From the human T2T-CHM13v2.0 reference genome, Homo sapiens, in NCBI RefSeq assembly GCF_009914755.1, contig NC_060927.1: a stretch of DNA of 64,000 bases; one strand, written 5' to 3'. A program made the position numbers and the translations under genes. The notes beneath the pieces are model-generated. The model was not told where the DNA came from. It was given only the letters and a program-made list of their open reading frames with translations, and ran no database searches. Position 1 is the stretch's first letter; every line of letters starts with the position of its first letter. This document shows positions 14,314-29,434 of this stretch, piece by piece.

Positions 14314-17155
14314 TCTTCTTTCCTTTATGAAGTTCTAATGCTTTTCTTTTCTCATTCTCATTCTGCTTGAAGAGATTCCTTTAGCTATACTTTAAGGATA
14401 GGTCTTTTAGTGAGAAATTCTCATAGTTCTTTTTCACCTGGAGATGTTTTAGTTCTCCTTTATTCTTGAACAATGATTTATCAGATCCAGAACTCATAGT
14501 TAACAGTTATTTTCTTTCAGTACTTGAAAAATATTGTGCCTCTTCCTTCTGATCTCTGTGTTTTCATATGACAATCTGTTGTTTAACTTGATGTTCTGTT
14601 ATAATGCATCATTTCTCTCTGGTTGCTTTTAAGGTTTTTCTTTGTCTTTAGTTTTCAGGAGTTTACTTACAGTGTGTCTTTGCATGGATTTCTTTGGATC
14701 TGTCCTACTTGGGATTCCATCAGCTTCTTAAATCTAGAGGTTTTAAATCAAATTTGGGAAGGTATTTTATAAAATTTAGGAAGTTTCACCTATTATTTCT
14801 TCACATATTTTTTTCAGCTCCACCTTCTTTCTCCTTTTCCTCAATAACCCCAAAGATACAAGTGTTTATTATTGTCCTATAAGTCCCTGAGGCCCTGCTC
14901 ATTTTTTTTTTCAGTCAATTTTCTTTTTTGTTCAGATTGAGCAAATTCTATTGATCTGTCTTCAAATTTTCTGATTCTATATTATGTCATCTTCACTCTA
15001 CTCTTGAGCCTGTCTGATGAGTTTTTTATTTCAGTTACTGTATTTTTTATTTCTATAATTTTCATTTTAAAAATAAGTTTTATTGATTTGCTGAAGTTCT
15101 ATATAATTTAATTTGTTCAAGGGAATTCATAATTACCTGTTGAAGCAATTTTATGACAGCTGCTTTAAAATCTTTGTCAGGTTACAATATCTGATTCATC
15201 TCAGTATTGGTGCCAGTTGACTGTCTTTTCTTATTCAAGCTGAGATTTTCCTGGTTCTTGATTCTATTTAAATCATCTTTATTTTAGCAGGAAAACTCCC
15301 TTTTTAGGTTTAGTGTGTAGGTTCTGGCCTACTTTAATAGGCTTGTGTTCCAATGACAATTTAGTTTTTTAAGTTCCTGCAATGTTATTCTGCTTTGCTT
15401 TGTTCTCTTGGCTCCTTTGAGCCTCTGCTGGGTCCTTCCTGGTGCTGCCCAGGAATGGGGAGTAGAATTTAAGAATAGGAGAGGGCAAAAGTGCTTTCCT
15501 GTGCCATCTGGTGTTACTAAGTTGGACCTAGGGTTGCTGGACCTAGAGGACAGAGAATGTTTCTCCTGGCCTTTTATTTTGCCACCTGGTACAGGTGAGC
15601 TTCTCACTCTATCTCTGTTGGTGCTCCTAGGGAAGAAAAGTGCCTTTGTAGGCCACCTTCTGCAGCTGGGTGGAAAGCTAAGAGCTACAAGGTCTGGTGG
15701 TTCCCTGCCACTAGGTGGGAATCAAGAGACCCTGGGCCTGTTTTACCTTCTGCTACTGAGTGGAAGGCTGGGAATGCTAGACCTGGGTTGCCTTTTGAGC
15801 AGAGGGCTGGGAGATGCTGGGTCTGCTGGTGCAGCCTGGTGTGGGATGTGGGATGGGGGGTGATTCCCCTGCCCGGGTTACTTTGTTGCTGATGCTGTGG
15901 GTAGATTAGGATGGTTGTTTTCTGGAGCTGGTGCTGATGGTAAAGGTAGATCAGGCTGCCAGTCTCACTGGGAATGGTTCTCCTTTCTAAATCCCTGATG
16001 GGAACTCTGGCCAGAGTGGGCCTTTTCTGTTTCTTTATTAATTTTTCTCTTTTGATTTTGGTCCATGCCTGTTGGTGGTTTTGGGTTACATGCTCTCTGG
16101 TACCCGGTCTGGAATATGTGGGAGATAAAATGAAAACCCAGAGAATTTACTATTCTTTCATTCTTCAAGTCCTGAGGTCCCTAGGTAGTCTAGTTTCTCT
16201 CTTCACCTTTTATCATATCTTTTGAATTATTTCCAGGGTATTTAGTTGTATTTAGAGGTGAGGAATAGAAAAACTGAGTCTATGACAGCTTGCTACCCTC
16301 AAATCCTTTTTTTAGCCTCTGCTTATGTCATGCCTGCTAATATCCCACTGGCCAAAGCAAGTGACACAGGTAAGCCTCGTGTCCAAGGAGGAACAACTCA
16401 GCCCTGCCGTGGTGGGTGGATACTGCAAAATTACATGGCAAAGGGTGTAGAGATTAGGAGGGGTGAGAAATTAGGGCCATCTTTATAAACTACCACAGTG
16501 TTATAGTTCTAGTAAAGCCCTCTTTACTTTCTTAGAGTCCATCTCTCTTGCTTATAAGCAAAGAACCTGGATAGTATAGTTTTGTATTCCATAGTTAGGT
16601 AAAAAGATAATTCGTTTGTGGGTTATAAGTCTCATGGGGGCTAAGACCATCTTCCCCAGTTAGTTACTATAGCCCTAGTGTCTAGGCAAGGCAATTCAGC
16701 AAAATGTGTTGATTGAATAGCTTTGGGTTGCGACCTCTATCTTCTCTTTTCAGATGCTTAGTCAACATGATATAGCTTCAGTTTTCTTCACAGTAGGTCT
16801 CTTGCTGGGGTTTCCTAAGCCCAGACTTGAAACCAAATATCCCATCTAGCGCTACTTCAGTGACCTGGCAGTAATTGTGATCCAGATTTATGTTTTCATT
16901 TTTACTATGTAATGTGGTTGAGTGAGATGCAAGTAACTCTTGGACTTTGTTAGGATGACCACCACAGACCCCAAACCCCCATGTGGAGGAGTCTAGTAAA
17001 CTGGACTGGTACATGTGGAGTTCCCTAGTTCTCTTAGGTCATTTGGACCTGGACCAAAGAAGATTCTGTGACTTTATTGTATTTAATCTCCCCAGTACTC
17101 AAGACTTGGATTTTACAGCTCTTCAGTCAGCTGCACAGAAAGAAGACAGAAGAGA

Positions 17156-17693
<538 letters not shown>

Positions 17694-17739
17694 TATTCTG
17701 TATATTTTTAAACTTTCATAGTAATGAAGATGATACCGT

Positions 17740-17965
17740 TATGAGTAGTAATAATAGCAACTAACGCTTATTTATTCATTCATGTAACAAATATGTGTAT
17801 GAACTTATTAGAGTCTAGCAACCAGCCTAAGGAGTAGGAGGTGTTATGCCTATTTCCACTTTAGAGATGAGGAAACAGGCACAGATCATTTATGTAACTT
17901 GAATACAGTCTCATAGCTAGTAAGGAGTGGAACCTGGAAAAATGTTCTAGTTCTCTGCTCTTCTA
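17740..17965 (-). mobile_element. MIR (with L2-like end upstream)
   Basis: CCACTTTAGAGATGAGGAAACAGGCACAGA...AGCTAGTAAG core. Confidence 0.6.
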
Positions 17966-17981
17966 CAGAACCCCAGTCTTT

Positions 17982-18260
17982 GTCGGGTGCAGTGGCTCAC
18001 GCCTGTAATCCAGCACTTTTGGAGGCTGAGGCGGGCGGATCATGAGGTCAGCAGTCAGAAACCAGCCTGGCCAACATGGTGAAACTGCATCTCCACTAAA
18101 AATAAAAAAATTAGCTGGGCATGGTGGCACACACCTATAATCCCAGCTACTCAGGAGTCTAAGGTGGGAGAATCATTTGAACCCAGGAAGCGGAGGTTGC
18201 AGTGAGCCAAGATAGCACCACTGCACTCCAGCCTGGGAGATAGAGTGAGTCTCCATCTCA
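17982..18260 (+). mobile_element. Alu (S-like)
   Basis: Full Alu; TSD-like AACCCCAGTCTTT / AACCCCTGTCTTT. Confidence 0.93.
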
Positions 18261-18273
18261 ATAAATAAATAAA

Positions 18274-18347
<74 letters not shown>
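18260..18347. repeat. Compound tetranucleotide STR (TAAA)n(TAGA)n(CAGA)n(TAGA)n in Alu tail
   Basis: Direct reading. Confidence 0.95.
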
Positions 18348-18348
<1 letters not shown>

Positions 18349-18479
18349 AACCCCTGTCTTTAGAGAGGAGGATGCAATAGATAACTGAATTCTCAAAGAA
18401 ATGACTGCTCCTTTAGGCACTAGGGATGTGTGCTAGCTGTAGTCAGCATTTTATCTTTTTCAGCAGTTTAGCCAAATCA

Positions 18480-18835
18480 GACTATGGCCTCCGATTCGTC
18501 TGCTACATCTGAATGCCAATTCACAGCTGCATATTAATTTCCTCATAATTTTTGCTTTTGCCATATACTCTCAGAGCACAGCCTGTCCCCTACAAGTCAC
18601 TGTCAGCCACCTGTCCCTTCAATCAGACCCACGCTCTGTCCTAATGGGGAAGTGGAGGGAGTCGTGGAGCAGCTGCACTGTAATTGCTGAGAGTGCTGGG
18701 GGGAATTAATTGCGAATCAAATATTTGCCTACTCCAGAGTGATTTATCACAATTAAAAGGAATAATTATTTGCCCTTTGGGTCAAGTCGTGGATTTTAAG
18801 GGTTTGACTACTGGAACGTGTAAATAAATCAAGCT
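18480..18835. promoter_or_regulatory. Candidate conserved non-coding enhancer (unique, homeodomain-motif rich)
   Basis: No recognisable repeat; TGATTTAT at 18740-18747, ATAAATCA at 18824-18831, AATTAATT, TAATTG, two CAGCTG; conservation not verifiable here. Confidence 0.35.
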
Positions 18836-18924
18836 AGGGAGGAATCTTCCTGGATTTTGGTTTGAGGCAGCAGAACTTTCAGATTAGGATGCCCAGAGGA
18901 GTTAATGCTAAAGATGGTGTTTGG

Positions 18925-19279
<355 letters not shown>

Positions 19280-20269
19280 TTAGGAAGCCACTGCTTTTTG
19301 GAAGTTAAGGTTCTGTTTGTCAGTGAGTCTAACACAGTTAACTTCTCATGAATTAGAACTCATTGCAGTTTCTTCAGCTGAGCAGCAAGTAGGTGTGAAT
19401 TGGTACAGAGCTTAGAGCAGCAATGGGGACAGCTGAATCATATTTCCAATCTCATGCCCTCTCCGGGACACGTGCTCATCAAGTGGATGGATGGCACAAT
19501 CATTTGCACTATTTGAATTATTTCCTTTTTCACCCTCCCCCACTTATTTTTTTTGCCAGTGCATGTAACCGAATTTGCAAAAGTCATACCCACTGCGATA
19601 CAGCTGCTCTCTAGTGAGATACCCAGAAACCGCCATGACTTTTCAAAGTTAAAAAGCACTTTGGTGGCAGGCCTGGAAAATGTGTCCTATAAACCATGAT
19701 GACAACTGGAATTGATTAACTTTCACTAATGATTCAAATCAAGCCCAGGACTGGATCATATGATCAAAGCAGATTCTAGGAGTTAAAATGTAACATTGTG
19801 TTGGTGGCATAGATATTTATCTCTGGCGAGGCTCTTACAGATCAACTCTTAGATCTGTAAGGAGATTTTTAAGTTAGGAGAAATTGTGTTTAAGCTTTTT
19901 CAGTGAGAAGGGGGTTTTCCTGATGTTTGTAAAGGGTCCCCAAATGACCTATTTAGAGGTGATAACTTGCAGCTCCAGGATATTATGGGCTTTTGGAAAG
20001 TGAAGAGGGTTTATTTGATTCCAAAGAAAGTGGGTTGTGTACACAACAGTCTGCAAGTCTGACTACAGGCTGGCCTGGGCTGTAATAGAGTCTTCCAATT
20101 AACTAGACACAAACAGCTCTCACCTGCCTTCTGGCTTCCACGGCCTTTGCCATCCCCAAAACCCACGACCCTGCACTTCTCCCCAGGGAACAACTTGAGG
20201 GCCGTTTGCTTTCAGATGGCAGAAAGCGAACTGCTGGGAGCTGCCCTCGATGCCCTAACCCACAGAAGG

Positions 20270-20600
20270 CCACGGCTCTGTCATTTTCTTCCCGACTTGT
20301 TCTGCTTTCTGCTTTAATGACCAGTGCTACCTTTTGGGCCAGCTTGTTCCTAATGCCGCCTGTAATTGAGACTCAAATAGTAAAATACACATAACCGGCC
20401 ATTTTACCAAGTCATCATTTATGAATATAGCTCGATTAATTTGTTTAGTCAGATGTAGAGGCGCAATAAAAAGTGATTGACTAAAAACAATTAAAAGAGT
20501 AAAAGTAAATTGTTTGTGTCCATTAAAACCTGCTGAGGCCATCAGTTGAAAATTGTGGGCCTCAATGTGAAAATTAAAACTATTGATTTTCCCCCATATG
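20270..20600. promoter_or_regulatory. Candidate conserved non-coding enhancer
   Basis: Unique AT-rich block dense in CAATAAAA, TGATTGAC, AAACAAT, ATTGTTT, TTTATGA and TAAT motifs, with retained CpGs. Confidence 0.4.
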
Positions 20601-21567
20601 TATGTGAATATCAGAGTTCTAATTTGTTTTTTGTTTTTTTTTTTTTTTTTTTTTTTTTTTACTGGCTGAAAGCCCCTGAGGTCAAAGTGAAGGTAGGGCT
20701 TCAGTAAGCTCTTTTGGTGGAGTTAATAAAGATTTGGAAAGACAAATATAAGAAATGGCCTCCATGTTTTAAGGGAGAATTATGTGTCTGATCTGTATCC
20801 ATGTTGCACTGCTACATGCTAATACTTTGTAATTGATTGCATTTTGAGGTGAAAATGGAAAATCAACTGCAGAATATATGGTATTCAGAGGGTTGAATTT
20901 TTAGGGCTTTGCCTTAATTTATGTGAGTGAGCTAGATTTTTTTTATTATTATCATTTTATTTTTTTATGGGCTACACTAAATCTTGTATTCCAAGAACTA
21001 TTATTTTTTAGTGTTCAATTAAAATACCAACATAAAAAGAATCTTACATGGACAGATCTTGACTCACAATAAGAAAACTTGGGGAGAAAACTCTCTGGAT
21101 CAGATGAGGAAGTTTTCAATCAAGACATAGGATGGAATTAAGCCCCAGAAGGCTGTAAAAATAGTGTAACATGTTTAGAGCTTCCTGTATAAGGCTATTA
21201 TGGTATCAAGTTGAGCATGAGTTAATATTAAGTTTATGTCATTAATAAATCATATTGAGAATGCAAACTGTTATACTTGGTAATTAAGTGAATGATCAAT
21301 AAACAAGTCAGACTTTCTTTTAATCTTTAGAAGTCAGGCATGAGTTTTTGAAGAAGGGTTTAAAAGTTATACACTCAGCTGTTTAAATATGGCATTGAAA
21401 AAGCTATTACAATTGTGGCATTTTCTGCATTTGACTGTCACACACTGATTTTTAAGGGAAAAACAATTCCAGGGGAAGTTCAAACACACAGCACTTTATT
21501 TCCTTTTTGGGGAGATTTTGGTTCATTCCCCATCCCCATGAGTTTTCAAAAGGGGACATATACTACT

Positions 21568-21986
21568 GTCAACCTAAATAACGGACAGAGAGAGGCTCTC
21601 TAAAAGAAAAGATGTGTATCTGGGAATAGCGTATTGCAATGAGAATGCTGTGCCTAGTAAACAATGTGTGCATTCAGAGAGGTAAAGGAAGACAAAGGTT
21701 TTTAAAGGAAAAAATGAGGAGGATTACATCAGTGCTTTGAAATAATTATCCTTGCCTTCAGTGATCAATAGCAAGGGTGACACCAATCCAAGGGTGAACA
21801 GGCAGATGTCCTCGCGAAGTATTTTTTGTGTGAGGTTGTCATGGCCTTTGCGCAAGGTTGTGGTTTTTGCAGAGTCTTTTTCGTTAATCAGGCCTACAAG
21901 CGTGAGAACTCTCTCTCCGCGACCTGCCCTGGCTCTGTTTGTCAGAGTTTTCTTAACCTTAGTAATCTCATTTTCATTCTAGCAAC
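21568..21986. mobile_element. ERV1-class LTR (MER4-group-like), subfamily uncertain
   Basis: TGTCAACCTAAATAAC...AGAGAGGCTCTCTAAAAGAAAA start resembles ERV1 LTR termini. Confidence 0.5.
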
Positions 21987-23250
21987 TTACACACTACTCA
22001 TTGAGTTCACACCGTAGCTTCCGAATGCTTATGAGATCAGTGACTCTCAATCGTTAGTGAAGTGAGTGGGAGAATGGCTTATTTTACAGGTGGATTCCTA
22101 GGCCTCCAGATACTCTGAAGGAGGCACTTCCTATTCCTTGCAGGCACAGGGATGTGCGTTTGAGAAAAGTGCTCCAGGTGGTTCTGGATGGGAAGCTGTA
22201 GGACCACACATGGAGAAACTGCTCCAAAGCCATGACACTTAAACCTCTAGGGGTCAGAAAGCCTTTTGAGAATCTGCTCAAAAGTATACATCTTTTTTTT
22301 TTTAATGGAGGTGGGTAAGCAGTTTCACCTGGAAGAGGAATTAAGCAGAGACACACCCAGGAGTTTTTTGTTTGGTTCCCATGCGAGGCCTCCTTGTGGG
22401 ACCTTGAGTGTTCTCTCAGTTTGTTCATTCTGCTGGAGGCCTTTGGGATTTACTTGGTGGCTGCTGGCTAGCGTCTGGATGTAAATGGTGCCAAGTGGGC
22501 GGCTTGCTATGTTCCAATCAGATCCTTTTCTTACTATGCAGATTACTTATTTGGCCATAATTTTGGCATTATTTAGGAAAACTAAATCCTGTGCACTTTA
22601 AGCTTTGGCGAATGGTGAATAGGGTTTGAGGTGTGCTTGTGATGGAAGTGTTTAACCCCCGTGCCCAGTGGGGAGACCACACCCTGTGAACCAACCCAGC
22701 TCTTTGGAACCAGTAGAGGAGACAAATGGGAGTGTTGGTCTGACCCTGCGGAGTCATAGGGCCCCACTGGACTAAGAACAGGCAGATGCAGAAGGTCAAC
22801 TGCAAACTTGGCAAGTTTAATGCAATCCTTTTTTGAAAACAAAAGCAAGAGTGAATTTAATGATTTAGATCAGCAATTCAGTCTCATGGTTCAAAACTTT
22901 AAAAGTATAAAAGATGGTATGGTGAAAAGCCGTCTCTTATCCCAGGGTTCTAGTTTGTTGTATAACTTAGAAGGATTTTTATGCAAATGACAGCAGATAG
23001 AGGTATGTATATAGAATTATTCTTTTAACACAAATGGTAGCATACTACATACACTGATTTTTAACGTTTTTAAATAGATGTTTGTGTTGCTTTCTAGGGC
23101 AGAATTTAGGAAGGGAATGTGATAATGCCTGTGTCAATTTTATTGCTTTTTCCCTCATACTAAATACTGCATAATCCCAAACAGATGTGTACAAACATCA
23201 GCTCCTCCCACGAGATTTGGAGCTGGTTTGGAGCCATGCTCTGGGGTTAG

Positions 23251-23580
<330 letters not shown>

Positions 23581-24865
23581 AACATGCTACATTTTGAGTA
23601 TCTACCAAAGACTCAGTGGTGGGGGGGATTGGCTCATGATTGGCACAAAGTCCCCTCAAACTGATGCTTCTGCTTTCCTTTTCCCAAGGCCAGCCCCTGG
23701 GGCAGAGGTGGTTTTCTGCATGGCTAACAGCATCCTTCTGTGGGCACCGGATAGAAATTGAGGGCTCGTGTCTATGGGCATGCTGCTTTCTTTTTCTCAT
23801 TGGGAGATACAGTTTTTGTGGTTCACAAATGTGATGGTCACCAGAACTGCATGGGGGTTTCTAAAAACCGTGAAGTCCGGGGTCCTGCTCCTGGAAGTTC
23901 TGCAGTCATCTTGGCAATGGGGTCCAGGAAAGCATATTATTAACAAGTCATCCAGGCGATTCTGGTGCAGGTGCGCCACGGCCCAGAGGCCGGCAAGAAC
24001 CAGAGGCTTTCTGAAGTCTTGGCCAACTCTAAATAGAAGTTTCATCCATCTCTATAAGAACCTGTCTCACCTGGACCACTAGGAGTTAATGTCGATTTGA
24101 CTATTTACCTTCAGGTGGAATGTACAATGGAATAAGTGTTGTCATTTGTCTTAGACTAAACAGAACTCTGCAACGCATGAACCACAGGACCCAAAACATT
24201 CCCACCAATTAACTACACCAGCTGTGGATGAGACACCCTCCCGTTCTCATTAGGAATAGGTCTATTCCAAGTAAGCCACTTATAAACACCCCATCACCAT
24301 CTGGGAATCACATGTTCCTGGCCCCTTGCTATAAAACTTAACACATGCATGTGTGTGTGTGTGTATGTGTAATATATTTAGGAGCAGAGAAGGTTTACTT
24401 CTTGCCCAGCTTCACCTTGGTAGTCCTGAGGTCTCTCCTTCAACTGGCTGTGAGTGCACTTCTAACATAAGCACCATTTCCTCTTGATTTCATACTGTAA
24501 TTAATAAACTGTGTGGAGTTTATTATAGTGTGTTTTGGGACTGTCTGCCTCAGAATCACTTGTGGTGCTGATTCACCCATACAGGTTCCTGGGCCTCGCC
24601 ATAGCCCATTGAATCAGTGAATTTGAATTTTAACACCTTCTCCACAGTGACCATCACCATGCGCACACCAACATGTTGCTAATGTCCCACACGTGTGTTT
24701 GGTCTGTTTTACTGTGTTAAGCCAGCGAATGGAAGCTAGTTAGAAACTTAGCTTTCTGGTCATTTTAATCAAGGGCTCCTTCCAAACCAGATCAATAGCG
24801 ATTGCCTAACTATAGAACTTGTTTCTGCTTGTACCTTTTCTGTTTGGTAGCTCTCTAGCACGATA

Positions 24866-25023
24866 TTTCTCAAACTTCACTGTGCTTGTGAATCGCCTGG
24901 AGAATCTTGTTAAAAGGCAGATTCCGACTCAGTAGGTCTGGCGGGGGCCCTGAGACTCTGCATTTGTAATAGGCTTCCATGTGATGCTGGTGCTGCCAGT
25001 CTGGGGACCACACTTTGAGTAGC
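24866..25023. mobile_element. MER5A-like hAT-Charlie MITE
   Basis: TTTCTCAAACTT...GAATCGCCTGG...TCAGTAGGTCTGG...GACCACACTTTGAG. Confidence 0.8.
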
Positions 25024-26344
25024 TCTGTATTGGGTAGATTTCTGTCTCTGACTAAAGGACCCTTCCTATGGCCTGTTTCATGCAGCTGCCTGCCCATGTC
25101 TGAGTATCCTTGTGCCAACTCAGAATCCCTCTGCTTTTATTTTTTTTGTAGATGAAAAGGGGAAAAAAAAGCCTGAGACCCCTGGGAGGGAGACCCAGCT
25201 CTCTCCCCATCCCCCTGAACCTGTGGTGGAGGAAGGCGACATCACAAGCCAAAGGGTCTATTGATCTGGTGCAATGGAGATTGTATTGAATCGGAAACAG
25301 CAGGCTCCCTGCGTTTCAGGGGGAGCCTCAGGAGAGCAGAGACCTTCTTTGCTTTAGTTTATTTTGTAATTAAGGGGAAAGGAACCCAAGCTAAAATGTT
25401 GCTTGAGGGCCTGGGCTTTTAAATTTATGTCACTGAGCAGCCTATGAATCAAACCACCCACTGTGAAGCTGTCAGTTCTGATATCGTTTCTCTCTCTCTG
25501 TGGCTTTATGCAAATGCTTTCCCTTGTCCAAGTATTACGCTTAATGGGAATGGCAGACCGCATCCGTGTCCTAAGCCAGGGTGTGTGTCATGGTCTGTGT
25601 GCTTGTGTCTGATTATGGGGCTCCTCCTGCTTGTCTCAGCTTACAGAATAGAGGTGACATCTGTTATCTCAGAGGCCTGTTTGAGGGGAGAGGACTTGGA
25701 AGTTCTTGTAAGTGTGAAGACTGTTGGTGGAAGAAAAAAATGCATACACTTTATTGCATGGGAACCCAGTTTGAGAAGTCTTTCCAGATGAACTTGGTTG
25801 GTGACTCTGGGTCTAGTGAAGCCACTTGATCATCCAGGGTTCGGTGTAAATACCTCGCCTTGGGGGACCCCTCTCAGACCACTCCAGAGGAATGAATCTA
25901 GGACCCTAGCCTGTGCCCGTATGGCCCCTGGACTATCCTTTGTAGCATGCTTGTTGTGTAATGTGGGTGTGACTGAAGCTCCAGGAGGGGCAGGCCCTAT
26001 TTTGTTCCTGGTGGTGCGCAGTGCCAGGCATGTGCCTGGTACATCATGAGCTCTTGATACGAGCTTGGATGGATGTGCATGCTGCAGGCAAACAAGTGCT
26101 TCTTATGAAATCTAATGGGCATTGTTCCAAATACAGTGGAAGATGAAACTTAAAAAAACACAAACTTTTGATTTCATTCAGAAAGAACTTTTTGCTCTAA
26201 ACAGGAGAACAAGCTATTAGGAACAGAATGATGATTATGTACAGTAATATCAATCCTGTTGATGGATGGTGTCAAGCTTTGTAGCCACATTGTCCTCATA
26301 GCTACTTACAAGTTAATCATATGCCTGTCACAGAGATACTAGAT

Positions 26345-26727
26345 ATTACTCTAGTATCTTCATCCCTTAAAAATAGAATTCCAGTTTTTAGCTGGACGTA
26401 TGGCCACCTAGAATAAAGGCTGTATTTCTCAGTCTTCCTTGCAGCTAGGCATGGTCACATACTGGATATAAATGTGTGATTTCCAGGTACTGTCATTTTA
26501 TTGTCTTCTTACTTCCTGCTAATGGACTATGGATATGATGCCTGGAGTTCAGCAGCTGTCTTGTGCTGTGAGGATGGTAGACGGCAAGATGGAAGGATCC
26601 TGTGTACTTTTCTGAAGCTGTGCTACCAGCCCTGCACTGTCCACCTCTAGGCTTCATTTATGTGAGTTAAGCCCTATTATTTTGGATTTGATATCACTCT
26701 CAGCTGAACAGAATCCTACCTAAGACA
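26345..26727 (+). mobile_element. Old MLT1-type MaLR LTR
   Basis: TTTCTCAGTCTTCCTTGCAGCTAGGCATGGTCAC...CAGCTGAACAGAATCCTACCTAAGACA. Confidence 0.55.
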
Positions 26728-27050
26728 AGGATAGGAGAATTATAATTCCTACAAAGGGCTTCTTTAAGGCCATTCTTGGAATAAATTCTATAGTTCAAGG
26801 TATTGGTAAGGGTGTGTTTGTGATAAGATTTTGGGTAAAGCAATCTAGTGTGAGCATTAAGAGTGTGGGCTTGGAAGCAGTTTGGCTTTCAGTTGCTGTA
26901 GGTCCTTGGACAAGCTCTTTAAGCTCTTTAAACTTTAGTCTTCCTGTCTATGAAATGGAAGCTATAATATAGTTCCTGGTACCTGCTGCTTCTCTTCTCA
27001 GTACATGGAGTTATTGAAATTCCACAGAGCTAATACTCTAAGGGCCTTAG

Positions 27051-27450
<400 letters not shown>

Positions 27451-27912
27451 TAACAAAATCAAGTAACCCTAGAAATGTAACTAGTTTCATATATTTTGTG
27501 GTTTTAAAGTTCAAGTATAGTTTATTTTTACCATTTTAAAGACAATTAAATCATTTGACCTTGTTAATCTGGCACCTTCCCAAGTACTAGGCATTTTGCT
27601 AAGTCCTGGGAACAACAAAAACAACAAAATGGTCAAGACATAATCGCGCCATTACAGAATTTACAGCAATTGTGTGCAGGCCTTTCTGTTTACAAAGCAG
27701 TTTTATGATATGCAGATAATATGTTCTGTGGGGATAGAACTTTTTGGAGATTCAGACGCTGTAATTATATTTTTCTGTCCCATCTATGTAAGTATAGGTA
27801 AACTGATTCCAAGGAAGCCAGGGGCATCAGATGTGCATTGCAGATGTCAGTTGCGTGCTCCATGGAGATCTGACTAAACTTGATCCAAACTCTTAATTCC
27901 TTAGCCTTCTGA

Positions 27913-28399
<487 letters not shown>

Positions 28400-29002
28400 T
28401 GACTATGACTACTTCTAAGATTTGCTCACCGTTCTCAGGTCAGTGTTTTATTCACAGTCCCTCTGAAGCTTGACCGATTCATAGTGGGCAGGTAGATATT
28501 CAGAACACATGCTTTCCATCCATGCTATTGAGGTAAGACCTGCAAATGGTGTGCTCCAAAGTCAGTAAACCACACAAAGGATCCCGAGTTCTCTGCAGAA
28601 ACCCAAGTGGGTTGGAGCTCCCATGGCAGAGAACTTGCCTTGTCTTTTAAGGTCAGCACTTTATTTGCTTCATCTTCCTTTTCCTTCTCGGGTTTATTGT
28701 ACCTAATAAAATGGAGTGGTTATTTTACTATTTAATAATTCCTAAGATCAAAGGAAGTTAAGTAGTCATTTCTGCTCTTATTAATTAGCCTTTTCTTTTT
28801 CAAATTAGTTTTTCCTTGATGTTCTCAACAGATAAATGTAAAGTCATTTATTCCTTGCCATGAAGGCCATTTAAAGTCTTAGTGGATTTAGCTTTTGATT
28901 TATTCTTGAATTTTAAACAAGGGGAAGAAAAAGAGGAATGTAAGTTAGAACAGATATGTTTAAAAAGACATATAAGCTGCTTTTTCTCCTTGGACTCTCA
29001 TC

Positions 29003-29434
<432 letters not shown>

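Noticed and set aside
15408-15863. 151-aa ORF
   Set aside because: Lies in the putative 5' region of the old L1 on the opposite strand; no domain similarity or exon evidence
19834-19861. 10-bp hairpin CTTACAGATC/GATCTGTAAG (and a similar one near 26333-26358)
   Set aside because: Roughly one such stem is expected by chance in 64 kb; no supporting context
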